DNA of 64,000 bases from Chloroflexi bacterium HGW-Chloroflexi-10. Lineage in GTDB: Bacteria; Chloroflexota; Anaerolineae; Anaerolineales; Anaerolineaceae. Shown in pieces: positions 39,885 to 49,054 of the stretch (the first letter of the stretch is position 1; each line of letters opens with the position of its first letter). The position numbers were made by a program, and so were the translations under genes. The stretch covers positions 1 to 64,000 of the forward strand of contig PHBZ01000015.1 of assembly GCA_002840755.1 (NCBI GenBank), in the 5' to 3' direction. The notes beneath the pieces are model-generated. The model was not told the origin of the DNA. It ran no database searches and saw nothing but the letters and a program-made list of their open reading frames with translations.

Positions 39885-40772
39885 CTATTCCTGATTCGTT
39901 GGATAGCCCAGCCGACCGCGGGTGAGGATGATGATTAAGAGGGCAGCGACTCCAAAGCCGATCAGGGCGGCCAGGTTCAGGCTGGTGGTGTCCACTGCGG
40001 GAAAAAGCGGTACCAGAACGACCTGAGGCGTGTTCACGCTGGCGTGTGCCAGGATGGCGATGAAAATGCTTGCACGGGTATGATTGAAGATCCAGGTCAT
40101 GATGATGGCGATGGCTGTAACCAACACAAGAAAAATCGGGAAATTTTGGAGGAAAGCAGCCAGGCCGGTGCCAGGCCCGCCCCCCTGTGCTGATGTGAGG
40201 AAGTCCGGTAAATGCCAGCAAGTCCACATGACACCCAGGAGCAGTGTACCCCAAAGCGGCCCATGGCGCTGCTGCATGCGGGGCAGAGCAAAACCACGCC
40301 AGCCAGGTTCTTCGCCCAGCGGCCCGCCCCCAAACATTACGGCGATATAGGTGAGAGGATAGCTCACCAACAGAAGCGGTTTCAGACCTTGAAAGTTCAC
40401 CAGTGATCCCGGCTGGACGATGATCCCAATCAGAATCAGCGCCGGAATGCCCAGAAGAATGAACAGATACCACTGCCAGCCGGCCTGCCTTTGCCGGATG
40501 CGTTTTCGCAGGCGGAGCAGGCCATCCCTGCCTTCGGTGATGCCAGTCATGAGGTAGGCTGCCAGGAAAGGCCCGAAGGATTTAAGGACGAAGATAATTC
40601 TGAAATCCCCGTGCAGGACGCCCCATTCCGAGAGAATGAATGGGATCGACAGGATCCAGGAAACTGCGTAAGCGATGAGAAAATAGAAAAATAAGGGATA
40701 TTGGCGCAGCACGTGCTGGAGGTTTCCCGCAATGGATGGTGATGGTGGATTGGACTTTGATGGGGTATTCAT
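39885..40772 (-). CDS. CPBP family intramembrane glutamic endopeptidase, paralog 2
   Basis: EEPGWRGFALPRM motif plus FxxxH. Start MNTPSK at 40772 with SD AAAGGAA. The longer upstream extension and the overlapping 39736..40473 frame are treated as spurious. Confidence 0.8.
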   Translation of the reverse strand: MNTPSKSNPPSPSIAGNLQHVLRQYPLFFYFLIAYAVSWILSIPFILSEWGVLHGDFRIIFVLKSFGPFLAAYLMTGITEGRDGLLRLRKRIRQRQAGWQWYLFILLGIPALILIGIIVQPGSLVNFQGLKPLLLVSYPLTYIAVMFGGGPLGEEPGWRGFALPRMQQRHGPLWGTLLLGVMWTCWHLPDFLTSAQGGGPGTGLAAFLQNFPIFLVLVTAIAIIMTWIFNHTRASIFIAILAHASVNTPQVVLVPLFPAVDTTSLNLAALIGFGVAALLIIILTRGRLGYPTNQE

Positions 40773-40975
40773 TAGAAGAATTCCTTTGCTGCTGTGGACA
40801 GGATTGAGATGGTATCGCTGGTTATTATAAGCCTGTCCGGGTAAATTGACACAAGATCGCCAAAGCAAATTTGCTTTGGCGATCTTGGAGGTATGACGGG
40901 GGTGCAGGGTGGGTCCTGGTGTTGCAGGATAGCGGCACCGCCCAGTACAGCCCCACCCTTGTCTTTGGGTTGATA

Positions 40976-41398
40976 TTAGTCAACTTGCTTAAATACCATG
41001 ATTGGAATGTGGCGTGTTGTCATCTTTTGATAATCTACATAAGGCGGATGATGCTCGGCGGCGAATTTCCACAGGCGATCATATTCCTCCCCCTGGGCTT
41101 CATGGGCTTCCACAGAGATAGTTTTACCTTTGATCTCCAATGTGGCACGCGGGTCCTTTTTTAGATTGAAATACCAATCGGCGTGCCGGTCTTTTCCCCA
41201 ATTCGATGCCACAATCAGATAGCGGTTTTCATAATTGAAATATGCGATCGGAATCGCGCGGTCCTGACCTGACTTGCGTCCAATTGTGTGCAGAATGAGG
41301 ATGGTCTGCTTGCCAAGCTTGCTTCCAATACGCCCATGGCTGAGCCGGAGAAGGAAGGCGTTTATCGACATGAACCATTTGATGAAGGTGTCTTTCAT
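40976..41398 (-). CDS. deazaflavin (F420)-dependent nitroreductase-family protein (DUF385/PNPOx-like)
   Basis: 140 aa; HTIGRKSGQDRAIPIAYF...YLIVASNWG...DWYFNL is the Ddn-like family signature. Confidence 0.7.
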   Translation of the reverse strand: MKDTFIKWFMSINAFLLRLSHGRIGSKLGKQTILILHTIGRKSGQDRAIPIAYFNYENRYLIVASNWGKDRHADWYFNLKKDPRATLEIKGKTISVEAHEAQGEEYDRLWKFAAEHHPPYVDYQKMTTRHIPIMVFKQVD

Positions 41399-41928
41399 TT
41401 GATTATCTTTTCCTTTATCTCATTGTCTTCTGTCTCTATTATAAACCGCACCTAAAAAGCATCTTCCACGCTTGCGCGGGAGAGCTTATAACTGTAATTT
41501 TTATTCTTTCGCAGCTAGAGGCTGGGAGAGGGATTTATTTTCCTTGCGTTTTGGCAGCGTAAATACAACAAAGGCAATGATCAGCAGAACCACGACGCCA
41601 ATGTAGAAGGCAGAAGAGAAATTAGTATGTGTTGGATGACCCCCGTATCTCATGGGGTGGATGGATGATGGCTGCGTGACGCCATCCCATCATCGGTCTA
41701 AACATCTATCAAATCCTATCATTCCCCTATCAAGCGTTATTCTGATAGCATGGAGGCTGGTATGACAATGGCAGCTGCCGTTTTAGAGAAGCAATTAAAC
41801 ACCGGCTAGACCGTGGCGCTATGGGTTCAGGTAGAAGGGCATGCGCTTCTAGAATTTGCCTTATCCTACGGCGAAGCCATATTAATTCCAAGATGTACCA
41901 GCGTACCGGATTAATAAAGTGACCCTAT

Positions 41929-44436
41929 TTAGTGGGAGATGATTGGCAGCCAGACATTCTTAACGCCAAAACGAAGATAAATCAGTACTCTGTTACGGTT
42001 ATGGTCTAAGACATACAGGTTGTTTTCACTGTCAAACCTGGCGGAGAGTGGCATTGAATGAAAGTCATTCAACCTGCCAACTGGTAATGGATTGGATAAC
42101 GGGTTATTATAAACCCGGGGAAATCTAGGACCGAGGTAACTATTAAACCCGACTACCATATGCCCCAGTGAATCGAAGGCAGGTTCCCAGGGGGCACACA
42201 ATGGATCTGCCGGCCAACAATTTGCTCTCGTGAAATTATTATTGCGACCCAAAACACGAGAGGCTGGAATTCCATAAATCACTGAAGAAGGATTGGATGG
42301 TAGTGAATTTGCGTCCCACACTAATAACCGTAAGTTTCCATCAAATTCAAGATTATGATCAGCTACAAATAAATTACCATTATTATCCATAGTCAATGCT
42401 CCTGGATGACATAACGAATCCCGGGAAGGAAATTTGCGGCCTCTACCTTGATTACACTCAATACTTGATATGCTAAGCTGCCCCAGGATAATATCAACCG
42501 TTGGATTTGTTGCTGCGTCTCTTATTCGGAAAACGCGATGGTTTTCTTCATCAGATAGCCAGAGACAGTCACAATTAGATTGAGTATCAATACCAGCCAA
42601 TACCAGCGACCAATCCCAAGTAAAAAATCCCCCACCTTTGAGAGGAATTGGTGAGGTAATAATGATGTGAGGATTTTGACCTGTTGAAAGGGGCAGCGTG
42701 TATGCCTGAATTTCGGGAGGTAATTGCGTTTCAGATGCTGAAGACTCTTTGATAACCCAAAGATTTCCTTGCTGATCGGATCGCATTCTACCGAATGATG
42801 GACCCCAGCGTGGATTGGTGCTGAAATCCGGCTGTCCTATTACACCATCGGCAGGTTGATGATTTGAAAGATTCCCTAATTCGTTCCAAAATAATAACCT
42901 TGTAGAGTCTCCGACTATTAATTGATTGGAGGTTACCTCTAACCCAAGAGAAAACCCCTTAAACCCAAGAGGACTTAATTTATTGAAAGAACCCCATTCA
43001 TCTGCTCTCAGAAAAATCACATCCTGATCAAATTCCGGTGAAGAAAATCTCAACACCTGTTGAGGATTCCATCCGGTTGCCAGGACATTACCGTCACTAT
43101 CGACTCCCAGCCCTCCCTCTAACCCATCGGGGACATTGATTATTGTCTTTTGCAGTATTCCGTTTGAAAAATTAAGGAATCTTTCGTTGTTACTGTCGTT
43201 AACCCAAAGACTTCCATCAGGGGCTATCTCTAAGCCTGTCGGTTCTCTTAACCCACTAATCAGGATGGATGCAGCCATGCCATTTGTGAATGGGGGATGG
43301 AATACCAGTATCTGCCCTGATGTTCCAGTATCGGGATTACCCTGAGCTACATATACTATTCCATTCGCGTCCACACGAACAGAAGTGGGTGTGTACATTT
43401 GATTTAGCTTCATTCCTGCGTTATTTGATGAAAAATCAGGCTGGCCTAACACCAGGTCTGCTGTTGTGTCGGGTACACCCAGCCTTACAGAAAATGAAAA
43501 ACGTAAGACACGGTTATTTTGTGTGTCTGCTACCCAAAGATTACCTCCCGCATCAACAGCAACTCCGGTTTTAAGCTTTCCCAAACCAGGTGGTGGCGCT
43601 AAACACAGGCTGCTGGCATTGGGTATATTTGACCCCAGGTTACATTCCTGACCATTAAAACTTGATTGGCCCCATACATAGTCAGCAGTATTGTCTGTAT
43701 TGAAGGGATCGTCATAGCGGAGAATACGATTATTGAAAAAATCGGGTAAATACAGATTTCCCAGTGAGTCTGTGTCCATTGTAACCATGGAGCCTCCTTC
43801 CGTGATACTCACCTGTTCCCAGCGTAATCCGCATAATGTATTCGCTGTTGGGGGTGGTGGGTCTGGGTAATTCTGAAAATTACTATCACCGTTGCAGGTT
43901 GAGGAAGAAAAATCTGGTTGACCCAAAACAATATCTGCTGAGCGCGTTGAATCGATTTGACAACTTGAGTCAGGACAATCGGAATTCACCGAACATGCCT
44001 GGCTTGCGTTTTGTCCTTCAGTGCAGAAACCCAAATTGGATAATCCCAGTATTCTGCTATTGCCAGCATCGTAAATATATATCCGATCAGGTTGTACGGA
44101 GCGATCCACATAGACACCACCGGGGTTAAACAACTTGTTTCCGACTACTTCGTTTGGGGTTATCTGGGAGAAATCGGGTTGACCAATAATGATATCAGCC
44201 CACCAGTCGCCTGCATTTCCTCTGGCTGGCGAAGTATATGGGGAACCAGCGAATTGATACGTGTTATTCTCTTGAAATGTTTCCAAATCTGTGGAGATTG
44301 TGGGAGTTGTAGTTGGGATGAAGAAAAATTTTTCATCATTGGTTGTGTTACTTTGCACACTGGATACGACCATGAACGAGATCAGACTGAGCAACATAGA
44401 GATGACCAGACCATGAAACTGCAACAATTTTCTCAT
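41929..44436 (-). CDS. secreted NHL-repeat beta-propeller protein (835 aa)
   Basis: N-terminal signal/TM. Repeated NNR(V/I)LR(F/I) and NHRVFRI NHL-type motifs, with many Cys. SD AAGGAG before the MRKLLQ start. Confidence 0.7.
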   Translation of the reverse strand: MRKLLQFHGLVISMLLSLISFMVVSSVQSNTTNDEKFFFIPTTTPTISTDLETFQENNTYQFAGSPYTSPARGNAGDWWADIIIGQPDFSQITPNEVVGNKLFNPGGVYVDRSVQPDRIYIYDAGNSRILGLSNLGFCTEGQNASQACSVNSDCPDSSCQIDSTRSADIVLGQPDFSSSTCNGDSNFQNYPDPPPPTANTLCGLRWEQVSITEGGSMVTMDTDSLGNLYLPDFFNNRILRYDDPFNTDNTADYVWGQSSFNGQECNLGSNIPNASSLCLAPPPGLGKLKTGVAVDAGGNLWVADTQNNRVLRFSFSVRLGVPDTTADLVLGQPDFSSNNAGMKLNQMYTPTSVRVDANGIVYVAQGNPDTGTSGQILVFHPPFTNGMAASILISGLREPTGLEIAPDGSLWVNDSNNERFLNFSNGILQKTIINVPDGLEGGLGVDSDGNVLATGWNPQQVLRFSSPEFDQDVIFLRADEWGSFNKLSPLGFKGFSLGLEVTSNQLIVGDSTRLLFWNELGNLSNHQPADGVIGQPDFSTNPRWGPSFGRMRSDQQGNLWVIKESSASETQLPPEIQAYTLPLSTGQNPHIIITSPIPLKGGGFFTWDWSLVLAGIDTQSNCDCLWLSDEENHRVFRIRDAATNPTVDIILGQLSISSIECNQGRGRKFPSRDSLCHPGALTMDNNGNLFVADHNLEFDGNLRLLVWDANSLPSNPSSVIYGIPASRVLGRNNNFTRANCWPADPLCAPWEPAFDSLGHMVVGFNSYLGPRFPRVYNNPLSNPLPVGRLNDFHSMPLSARFDSENNLYVLDHNRNRVLIYLRFGVKNVWLPIISH

Positions 44437-44678
44437 TTTCAACTCCTTGTTTTTTATCAATGACCGTACCATTAGGGGAACGGTACCTAACAATCAGGCA
44501 GCTACAGCGTTAAGGGTTGGTGAGGTGGTAATATTGGGGGGTTTGATCTTGTATCAAGCAAAAAAAATCTGAATGCAAGATTGAATATTAACATAGAGTG
44601 ATAAAAGAGGGGGAAAAGTAATCAAAATTATGAAACATTGTATTGCTAAAAATAAGATTCTTGCAGATTGGCATATCT

Positions 44679-45008
44679 TTATAAATTTGTATTTTTCACC
44701 ACATCCAGAATTGCCTGGGGGTGTTTTTCAGCCACGTGCAGTAATATCATTGCCGAGCCTTCCGGGACTCGCCGGCCTTGTTCCCAATTTCTTAACGTAC
44801 GGATACTAATCCCGAGCATGACGGAAAACTGTAATTGCGTGAGATGATAGCTTTTGCGGATACGTTTGATATCGATAGCATCCAGATGGAAGCTACGCGC
44901 GGCTTCTCTTTCTCCGCGTAAAATTGTTCCACCTTCTTTGACGCTGGCTACCAGCTCATTAAATAACTCGTCTTTAATGGGTATTCCTCTGCAATAATAG
45001 TACGCCAT
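44679..45008 (-). CDS. XRE-family HTH protein, YiaG/COG2944-like (antitoxin-type), no partner toxin
   Basis: 109 aa; C-terminal HTH LTQLQFSVMLGISIRTLRNWEQGRRVPEGSA. A palindrome TACGCCA-T-TGGCGTA overlaps the start codon. Confidence 0.6.
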   Translation of the reverse strand: MAYYYCRGIPIKDELFNELVASVKEGGTILRGEREAARSFHLDAIDIKRIRKSYHLTQLQFSVMLGISIRTLRNWEQGRRVPEGSAMILLHVAEKHPQAILDVVKNTNL

Positions 45009-45255
45009 TGGCGTACAAATGACAATATAATTTATTCCCTACCTTGTTTCTATTTTACAATGTAAGAAAAACAACTTTCGTTACCGGAGAGTGTTTTATT
45101 TCATAAATTTTTATTCTATCGCGGGTGGTAACTTGCGTCCTCTTCAGGGGAGTGTTACGGGTTCTTCTCTTACAAAAAGAAGTTCGGAGCACTTCCCACT
45201 CATAGCGTTCGGGGACTTGAGGCGCGTGGGTGGACTGCGCCAGGCGTGCTGCGCG

Positions 45256-46488
45256 TTAATCGCCTGCCGCTTCACCAACCGAAGGAGCACGAGAGTTGTC
45301 AATGACTATTAACATGAGAAGCCCCACCATTGAGACTGCTATGCTTACGGTGAGCATGAGTGACACTCCACCGCTTGAATCGAGCATGAGCCCGCCAGAG
45401 AGGCTGCCAATTAAATTGCTGATGCCCATGGTCATTCCCATCCAGGTCTGGCCTTTATTTTTATCGAGTTCGCTGATCTGCTGATTTACATAAAAGACAG
45501 AAGCGGGGGTGATCATTGCATAGGCGAAAAACTGGAAACATTGGGCAATAATGATCCAGAATACATTGGGCGCCATTAATGTAATGAGCGCTTTTATGAC
45601 GAAGAATAATCCCGAAAATTTCATAATTGTGCCGGCATTACGGATCTTTTTATAAATCCAGGGGAACAAAGCCATGGCTGGAAGCTCCAGAAATCCAGCG
45701 ATCGCAATGGCTATGCCCATGTCGGAACTATCCCCGCCGACTTTTTGGAGGATTTGAATGGAATAGGTATTGATGAGGACGTGCGAAAAGTAGAGAAGCG
45801 ATAAGCTGGCGATTACCGCCATAAAACGTTTATTCTTTCTTGTAAATGCTACGAAACTTAAGGCTTTGGTTTCCCGATGCGCGCCGGCTGTTGGGGTTGT
45901 TTTTACCTTTTTAAATGTAGAAACCAGCAGGATTGTGAGCAAACCAATGCCAATATTAACCAGGATGACAATTTGAGTACCAAAGCTTTCGACAAGAAAT
46001 CCCAACCCAAATGAGAGGATAGCAAAGGCAAAAGAGCCAATACCCCTTGCCAGGCTGAAATTAACAGGCACACCGTTATTGATATGCTCCATGGACATTG
46101 AAGTAATCAACGGTACCTGAATGGTAAAGAGTATGGCCAGAAGAATATATAGAATTGCTGTTGGAAGAACGATGGCGGGCGTGACGAGCAGGAGAATTGA
46201 GAAAATGGTAAAAGCTGCAAGTATGATTACCACGATGCTTCTGAGTGACAATTTTTTTGTTTTGTCTGCGAAGGCAGCCACAAGCGGTTGAAAGAGCAAG
46301 GCAATTGCACTGGACAGAGTGAGGGTTAAGCCAACCTGTGAATTTGTGAATCCGCGGGAGAGCAGGTAGACCGAGGCAAATGAGAAAATGGTGCAGTAGC
46401 CCAGGATATCCACACTCTGGATCATGGCGTAATGCATTGTCAGTTTATTACTCAGTATTTTTGAATCTTCCTTGTTAATTGTCTGCAT
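45256..46488 (-). CDS. MFS transporter
   Basis: Twelve predicted TM helices. Start MQTINKED at 46488. Confidence 0.8.
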   Translation of the reverse strand: MQTINKEDSKILSNKLTMHYAMIQSVDILGYCTIFSFASVYLLSRGFTNSQVGLTLTLSSAIALLFQPLVAAFADKTKKLSLRSIVVIILAAFTIFSILLLVTPAIVLPTAILYILLAILFTIQVPLITSMSMEHINNGVPVNFSLARGIGSFAFAILSFGLGFLVESFGTQIVILVNIGIGLLTILLVSTFKKVKTTPTAGAHRETKALSFVAFTRKNKRFMAVIASLSLLYFSHVLINTYSIQILQKVGGDSSDMGIAIAIAGFLELPAMALFPWIYKKIRNAGTIMKFSGLFFVIKALITLMAPNVFWIIIAQCFQFFAYAMITPASVFYVNQQISELDKNKGQTWMGMTMGISNLIGSLSGGLMLDSSGGVSLMLTVSIAVSMVGLLMLIVIDNSRAPSVGEAAGD

Positions 46489-46645
46489 TTCTTTAGTGAC
46501 CTGCTTGATGATTATGCTGAATTTCAATGGGTGATTATAGCTGTAAATGAAAAATTTACGGCATATTGTAAGGGTGGTGAATAGTGGATGTTGCAGGCAT
46601 TGAAGAATGAAGCCCAAGCGCTGGCTGTAGATGATTTGCGCCACC

Positions 46646-46924
46646 ATGTTGGACTTGAGTAATAAAGAGCGTGTTGCTGTATTTCAGCCGGAGTTTTTTG
46701 AAGACTTGCGGTACTAGGTGGAAACCGACCGGAAACTGGCGATGCAGGCGTTTGATTTGATTGATGCTATTTTTCGCGACCCCTTTAATGGCATTGGAAA
46801 ACCGGAACCGCTAAAATATTTTACTCCGGGGGCGTGGTCAAGAAGATTAACACAGGAACATCGCATCGTTTACCTGGTGCGGGAAAATCAGATTGATTTC
46901 TTGCAGGAGCGATACCATTACTAG
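46646..46924 (+). pseudogene. yoeB: YoeB/Txe-family toxin gene interrupted by an in-frame TAG at the conserved Trp codon
   Basis: ATG 46646 ... FFEDLRY, then TAG at 46715-46717, then VETDRKLAMQAFDLIDAIFRDPFNGIGKPEPLKYFTPGAWSRRLTQEHRIVYLVRENQIDFLQERYHY. This is collinear with E. coli YoeB (YLYWQETDKR...GKGKPEPLK...WSRRITEEHRLVY...RYHY). No yefM lies upstream. Confidence 0.6.
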
Positions 46925-46991
46925 ATTTCTGAATTTTCTACAATAAACGCTCCATTCTTTCCCTGAGTGGGGCGTTCTTTTTATTTAAAAG

Positions 46992-47426
46992 TTATTTGTT
47001 CCTGAGCTCATATCTCTGAACTGAATTTATGCCTGTCGACGCCTCGGATCGCGGGTTTGGGGTTGAAGGGCTGACTCCTACCAGGAGATCTGCCGGAATA
47101 CCCAAACCTGAGTGTAAACGCCGGATCATTTCCAGGGAAAACCCGCGTTTGCGATTTAAAATTTCTGAAACCCTTTCTTTGCTTCCCAAGAAAGGTATAA
47201 GATCTGTGCGGTTCAATCCACGACTTTCCATATAATATTCCAAAACCGCTACCGGATCATCCGGTTCGTGTATAGGGAAATGATTGGCTTCGTATGCTTC
47301 CACCAGGGTTACCAGCACATCCAGCCGGTCACCTTCAGGCGTGGCGGGTGTGGCTTCGATCAGATTTTCAATTTCATGCAGCATCGCCTGATAATCAGCT
47401 TCGCTGCGAATAGGTTTTATTTCCAT
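46992..47426 (-). CDS. higA: HigA-family antitoxin (XRE HTH)
   Basis: 144 aa, similar to E. coli HigA/YgjM (LEYYMESRGLNRTDLIPFLGSKERVSEILNRKRGFSLEMIRRL). Begins 8 bp after the higB stop. Confidence 0.7.
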   Translation of the reverse strand: MEIKPIRSEADYQAMLHEIENLIEATPATPEGDRLDVLVTLVEAYEANHFPIHEPDDPVAVLEYYMESRGLNRTDLIPFLGSKERVSEILNRKRGFSLEMIRRLHSGLGIPADLLVGVSPSTPNPRSEASTGINSVQRYELRNK

Positions 47427-47436
47427 TTTGTACTCC

Positions 47437-47730
47437 TTATATTGTGGTTACATCAATTCGATCATATTCTTCATGGGTTCCAACGAATCGAATGTAGACC
47501 AAGCCGTGCTGAAAAACAACCACAACCACCAACCGATAATGATTACCTTTGATATTAAAAACGATCCGGTTATTCGCTACAAAACTGGCATTGCGATAGA
47601 TTGCTTTGATATCTGCCGGGCTTTTCCAATCGGCACGCTTCACATCATGAAACCAGGTTTGCAAAGAAATGGTTGCATCCGGGTGTTTCTCCCAGAATTC
47701 ACGCAAAATACGCCGGCTGATGATTCTCAT
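47437..47730 (-). CDS. higB: HigB-family mRNA interferase toxin (RelE/ParE superfamily)
   Basis: 97 aa; FNIKGNHYRLVVVVVFQHGLVYIRFVGTHEEYDRID closely parallels E. coli HigB FNVGGNELRVVAMVFFESQKCYIREVMTHKEYDFF. Confidence 0.75.
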   Translation of the reverse strand: MRIISRRILREFWEKHPDATISLQTWFHDVKRADWKSPADIKAIYRNASFVANNRIVFNIKGNHYRLVVVVVFQHGLVYIRFVGTHEEYDRIDVTTI

Positions 47731-47749
47731 ATCAGGATTATATCACGGA

Positions 47750-47766
47750 GTTACCAAAATGGTAAC
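47750..47766. promoter_or_regulatory. Perfect palindrome GTTACC-AAAAT-GGTAAC 20 bp upstream of higB, candidate HigA operator
   Basis: Read directly from the sequence. Its position matches autoregulatory operators of higBA loci. Confidence 0.45.
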
Positions 47767-48132
47767 AATCTATTTTGGCAAACGTGACAACACCACTATA
47801 TCTTCTTTACTACGGTAATGATCCCGTCACGTTCCCCCCTTTTTCTATTCAGAGGGTAATGACAATCTATTCAGAACTTCCTGATACTCCTCCGCGGCAA
47901 CACCTGGGTCAGCATCCCAACTGATGCAATTCGGCAGTTTTGCGGTATCATCGGTGGTGATCGGCATATTCATGTTGCCAATTTTTAATCCTACGGACGT
48001 TTGGGTGTTGTATGGAAAAGATGTCATTAATATGATCGATAACTTTTTTTCCCAACCTACAGGCGAAACCGATGGAGCTGAAGTATAAATCCAAAAGAAA
48101 TTCAAACGACACATATATCAAAAGGGAATTGG

Positions 48133-49038
48133 ATGCAGTACACGACGATTGACTATAAAAAACGGATTTGCCAGGCTATGAATTTTATCAGCCAGAATAT
48201 TGAACGGGAGCTCTCTCTGGATGAGATTGCTGAAACAGCTTATTTATCCAAGTTTCATTTCCACAGGATTTTTAAGGCGGTGGTGGGTGAGACTGTGGCG
48301 GACTTTACGAGGAGGCTGCGGCTTGAGCTGGCTGCCAACCGGCTTATCTCCACACAACTGGCTGATATCACCAGGATCGCGATCGATTGTGGTTTCTCGA
48401 GCTCGCAAAATTTTGCCAAGGCATTTCGCCTGCATTTTGGGATGACGCCTTCCGAGTATCGCAAGAGCAAGATTGGAAACAAGAACAGCAAAAATGGAAA
48501 CGCCGTGCCGCTCCAGGCATTGTATGATTCTGACTATGGATTGATGAAGTTATCTAATACTGAAAGGAGAAACACAAACCATGCTGAAATCAGAGAAATG
48601 CCTGCGTATACAGTTGCCTTTATGCGCAAGATTGGTCCTTTTGTCCAAGAAACATGCGGACCGGAATTCGAAAGGCTGATGCGGTGGGCTGGCCCGAGGA
48701 ATTTCGTTGGCCCGGGGAAGGTACTTGGAATTTATTGGGATAACCCGGAGGTTACCCCTGCAGAAAAATGCCGTTTTGATGCGTGTATCATTGTGCCTGA
48801 GGGGACAACGCCTGAAGGAGAGGTTTCTATCCAAACCATCAGGGGCGGGCCTTATGCTGTATGCCATTTTGAATGTAGACCTGACGGCATTCAAGCGGCT
48901 TGGGAAGATGCCTTTGCATGGGTTTGCGACAGCGGATTTGATTGCAATGACAGCCCGTGTTACGAGGTATATCACAACAATGCAGCGGAACATGCGGAGG
49001 GTAAGTGGATTTTTGATATTTGTGTTCCCTTGCTATAG
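48133..49038 (+). CDS. AraC-family transcriptional regulator with C-terminal GyrI-like effector-binding domain
   Basis: AraC HTH (LSKFHFHRIFKAVVGETVADFTRRLRLE...SSSQNFAKAFRLHFGMTPSEYR) plus a GyrI-like C-terminus. Confidence 0.8.
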   Translation: MQYTTIDYKKRICQAMNFISQNIERELSLDEIAETAYLSKFHFHRIFKAVVGETVADFTRRLRLELAANRLISTQLADITRIAIDCGFSSSQNFAKAFRLHFGMTPSEYRKSKIGNKNSKNGNAVPLQALYDSDYGLMKLSNTERRNTNHAEIREMPAYTVAFMRKIGPFVQETCGPEFERLMRWAGPRNFVGPGKVLGIYWDNPEVTPAEKCRFDACIIVPEGTTPEGEVSIQTIRGGPYAVCHFECRPDGIQAAWEDAFAWVCDSGFDCNDSPCYEVYHNNAAEHAEGKWIFDICVPLL

Positions 49039-49054
49039 AAAAGGAGATTACGGG

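Noticed and set aside
39736-40473. 245-aa ORF overlapping CPBP paralog 2 in another frame
   Set aside because: Pro/Arg/His/Gly-rich low-complexity translation, typical of an out-of-frame reading of a GC-rich membrane-protein gene. The CPBP frame has the conserved motifs.
45009-45255. Looked for a remnant toxin gene upstream of the YiaG-like HTH antitoxin homolog
   Set aside because: All three minus-strand frames have stops within 20 codons. Only a GC-rich imperfect hairpin (GGGAGTG...CACTTCCC) is present, so the HTH gene is treated as orphan.
47845-48114. 89-aa ORF between higB and the AraC gene
   Set aside because: No SD, no recognisable domain, and it occupies the divergent promoter/operator region of higBA and araC.
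48707-49054. N-terminal extension of the flavin-reductase::GyrI ORF, overlapping the AraC gene
   Set aside because: The extension overlaps the conserved GyrI-like C-terminus of the AraC regulator in another frame. A canonical AAGGAG-N7-ATG start exists at 49055.
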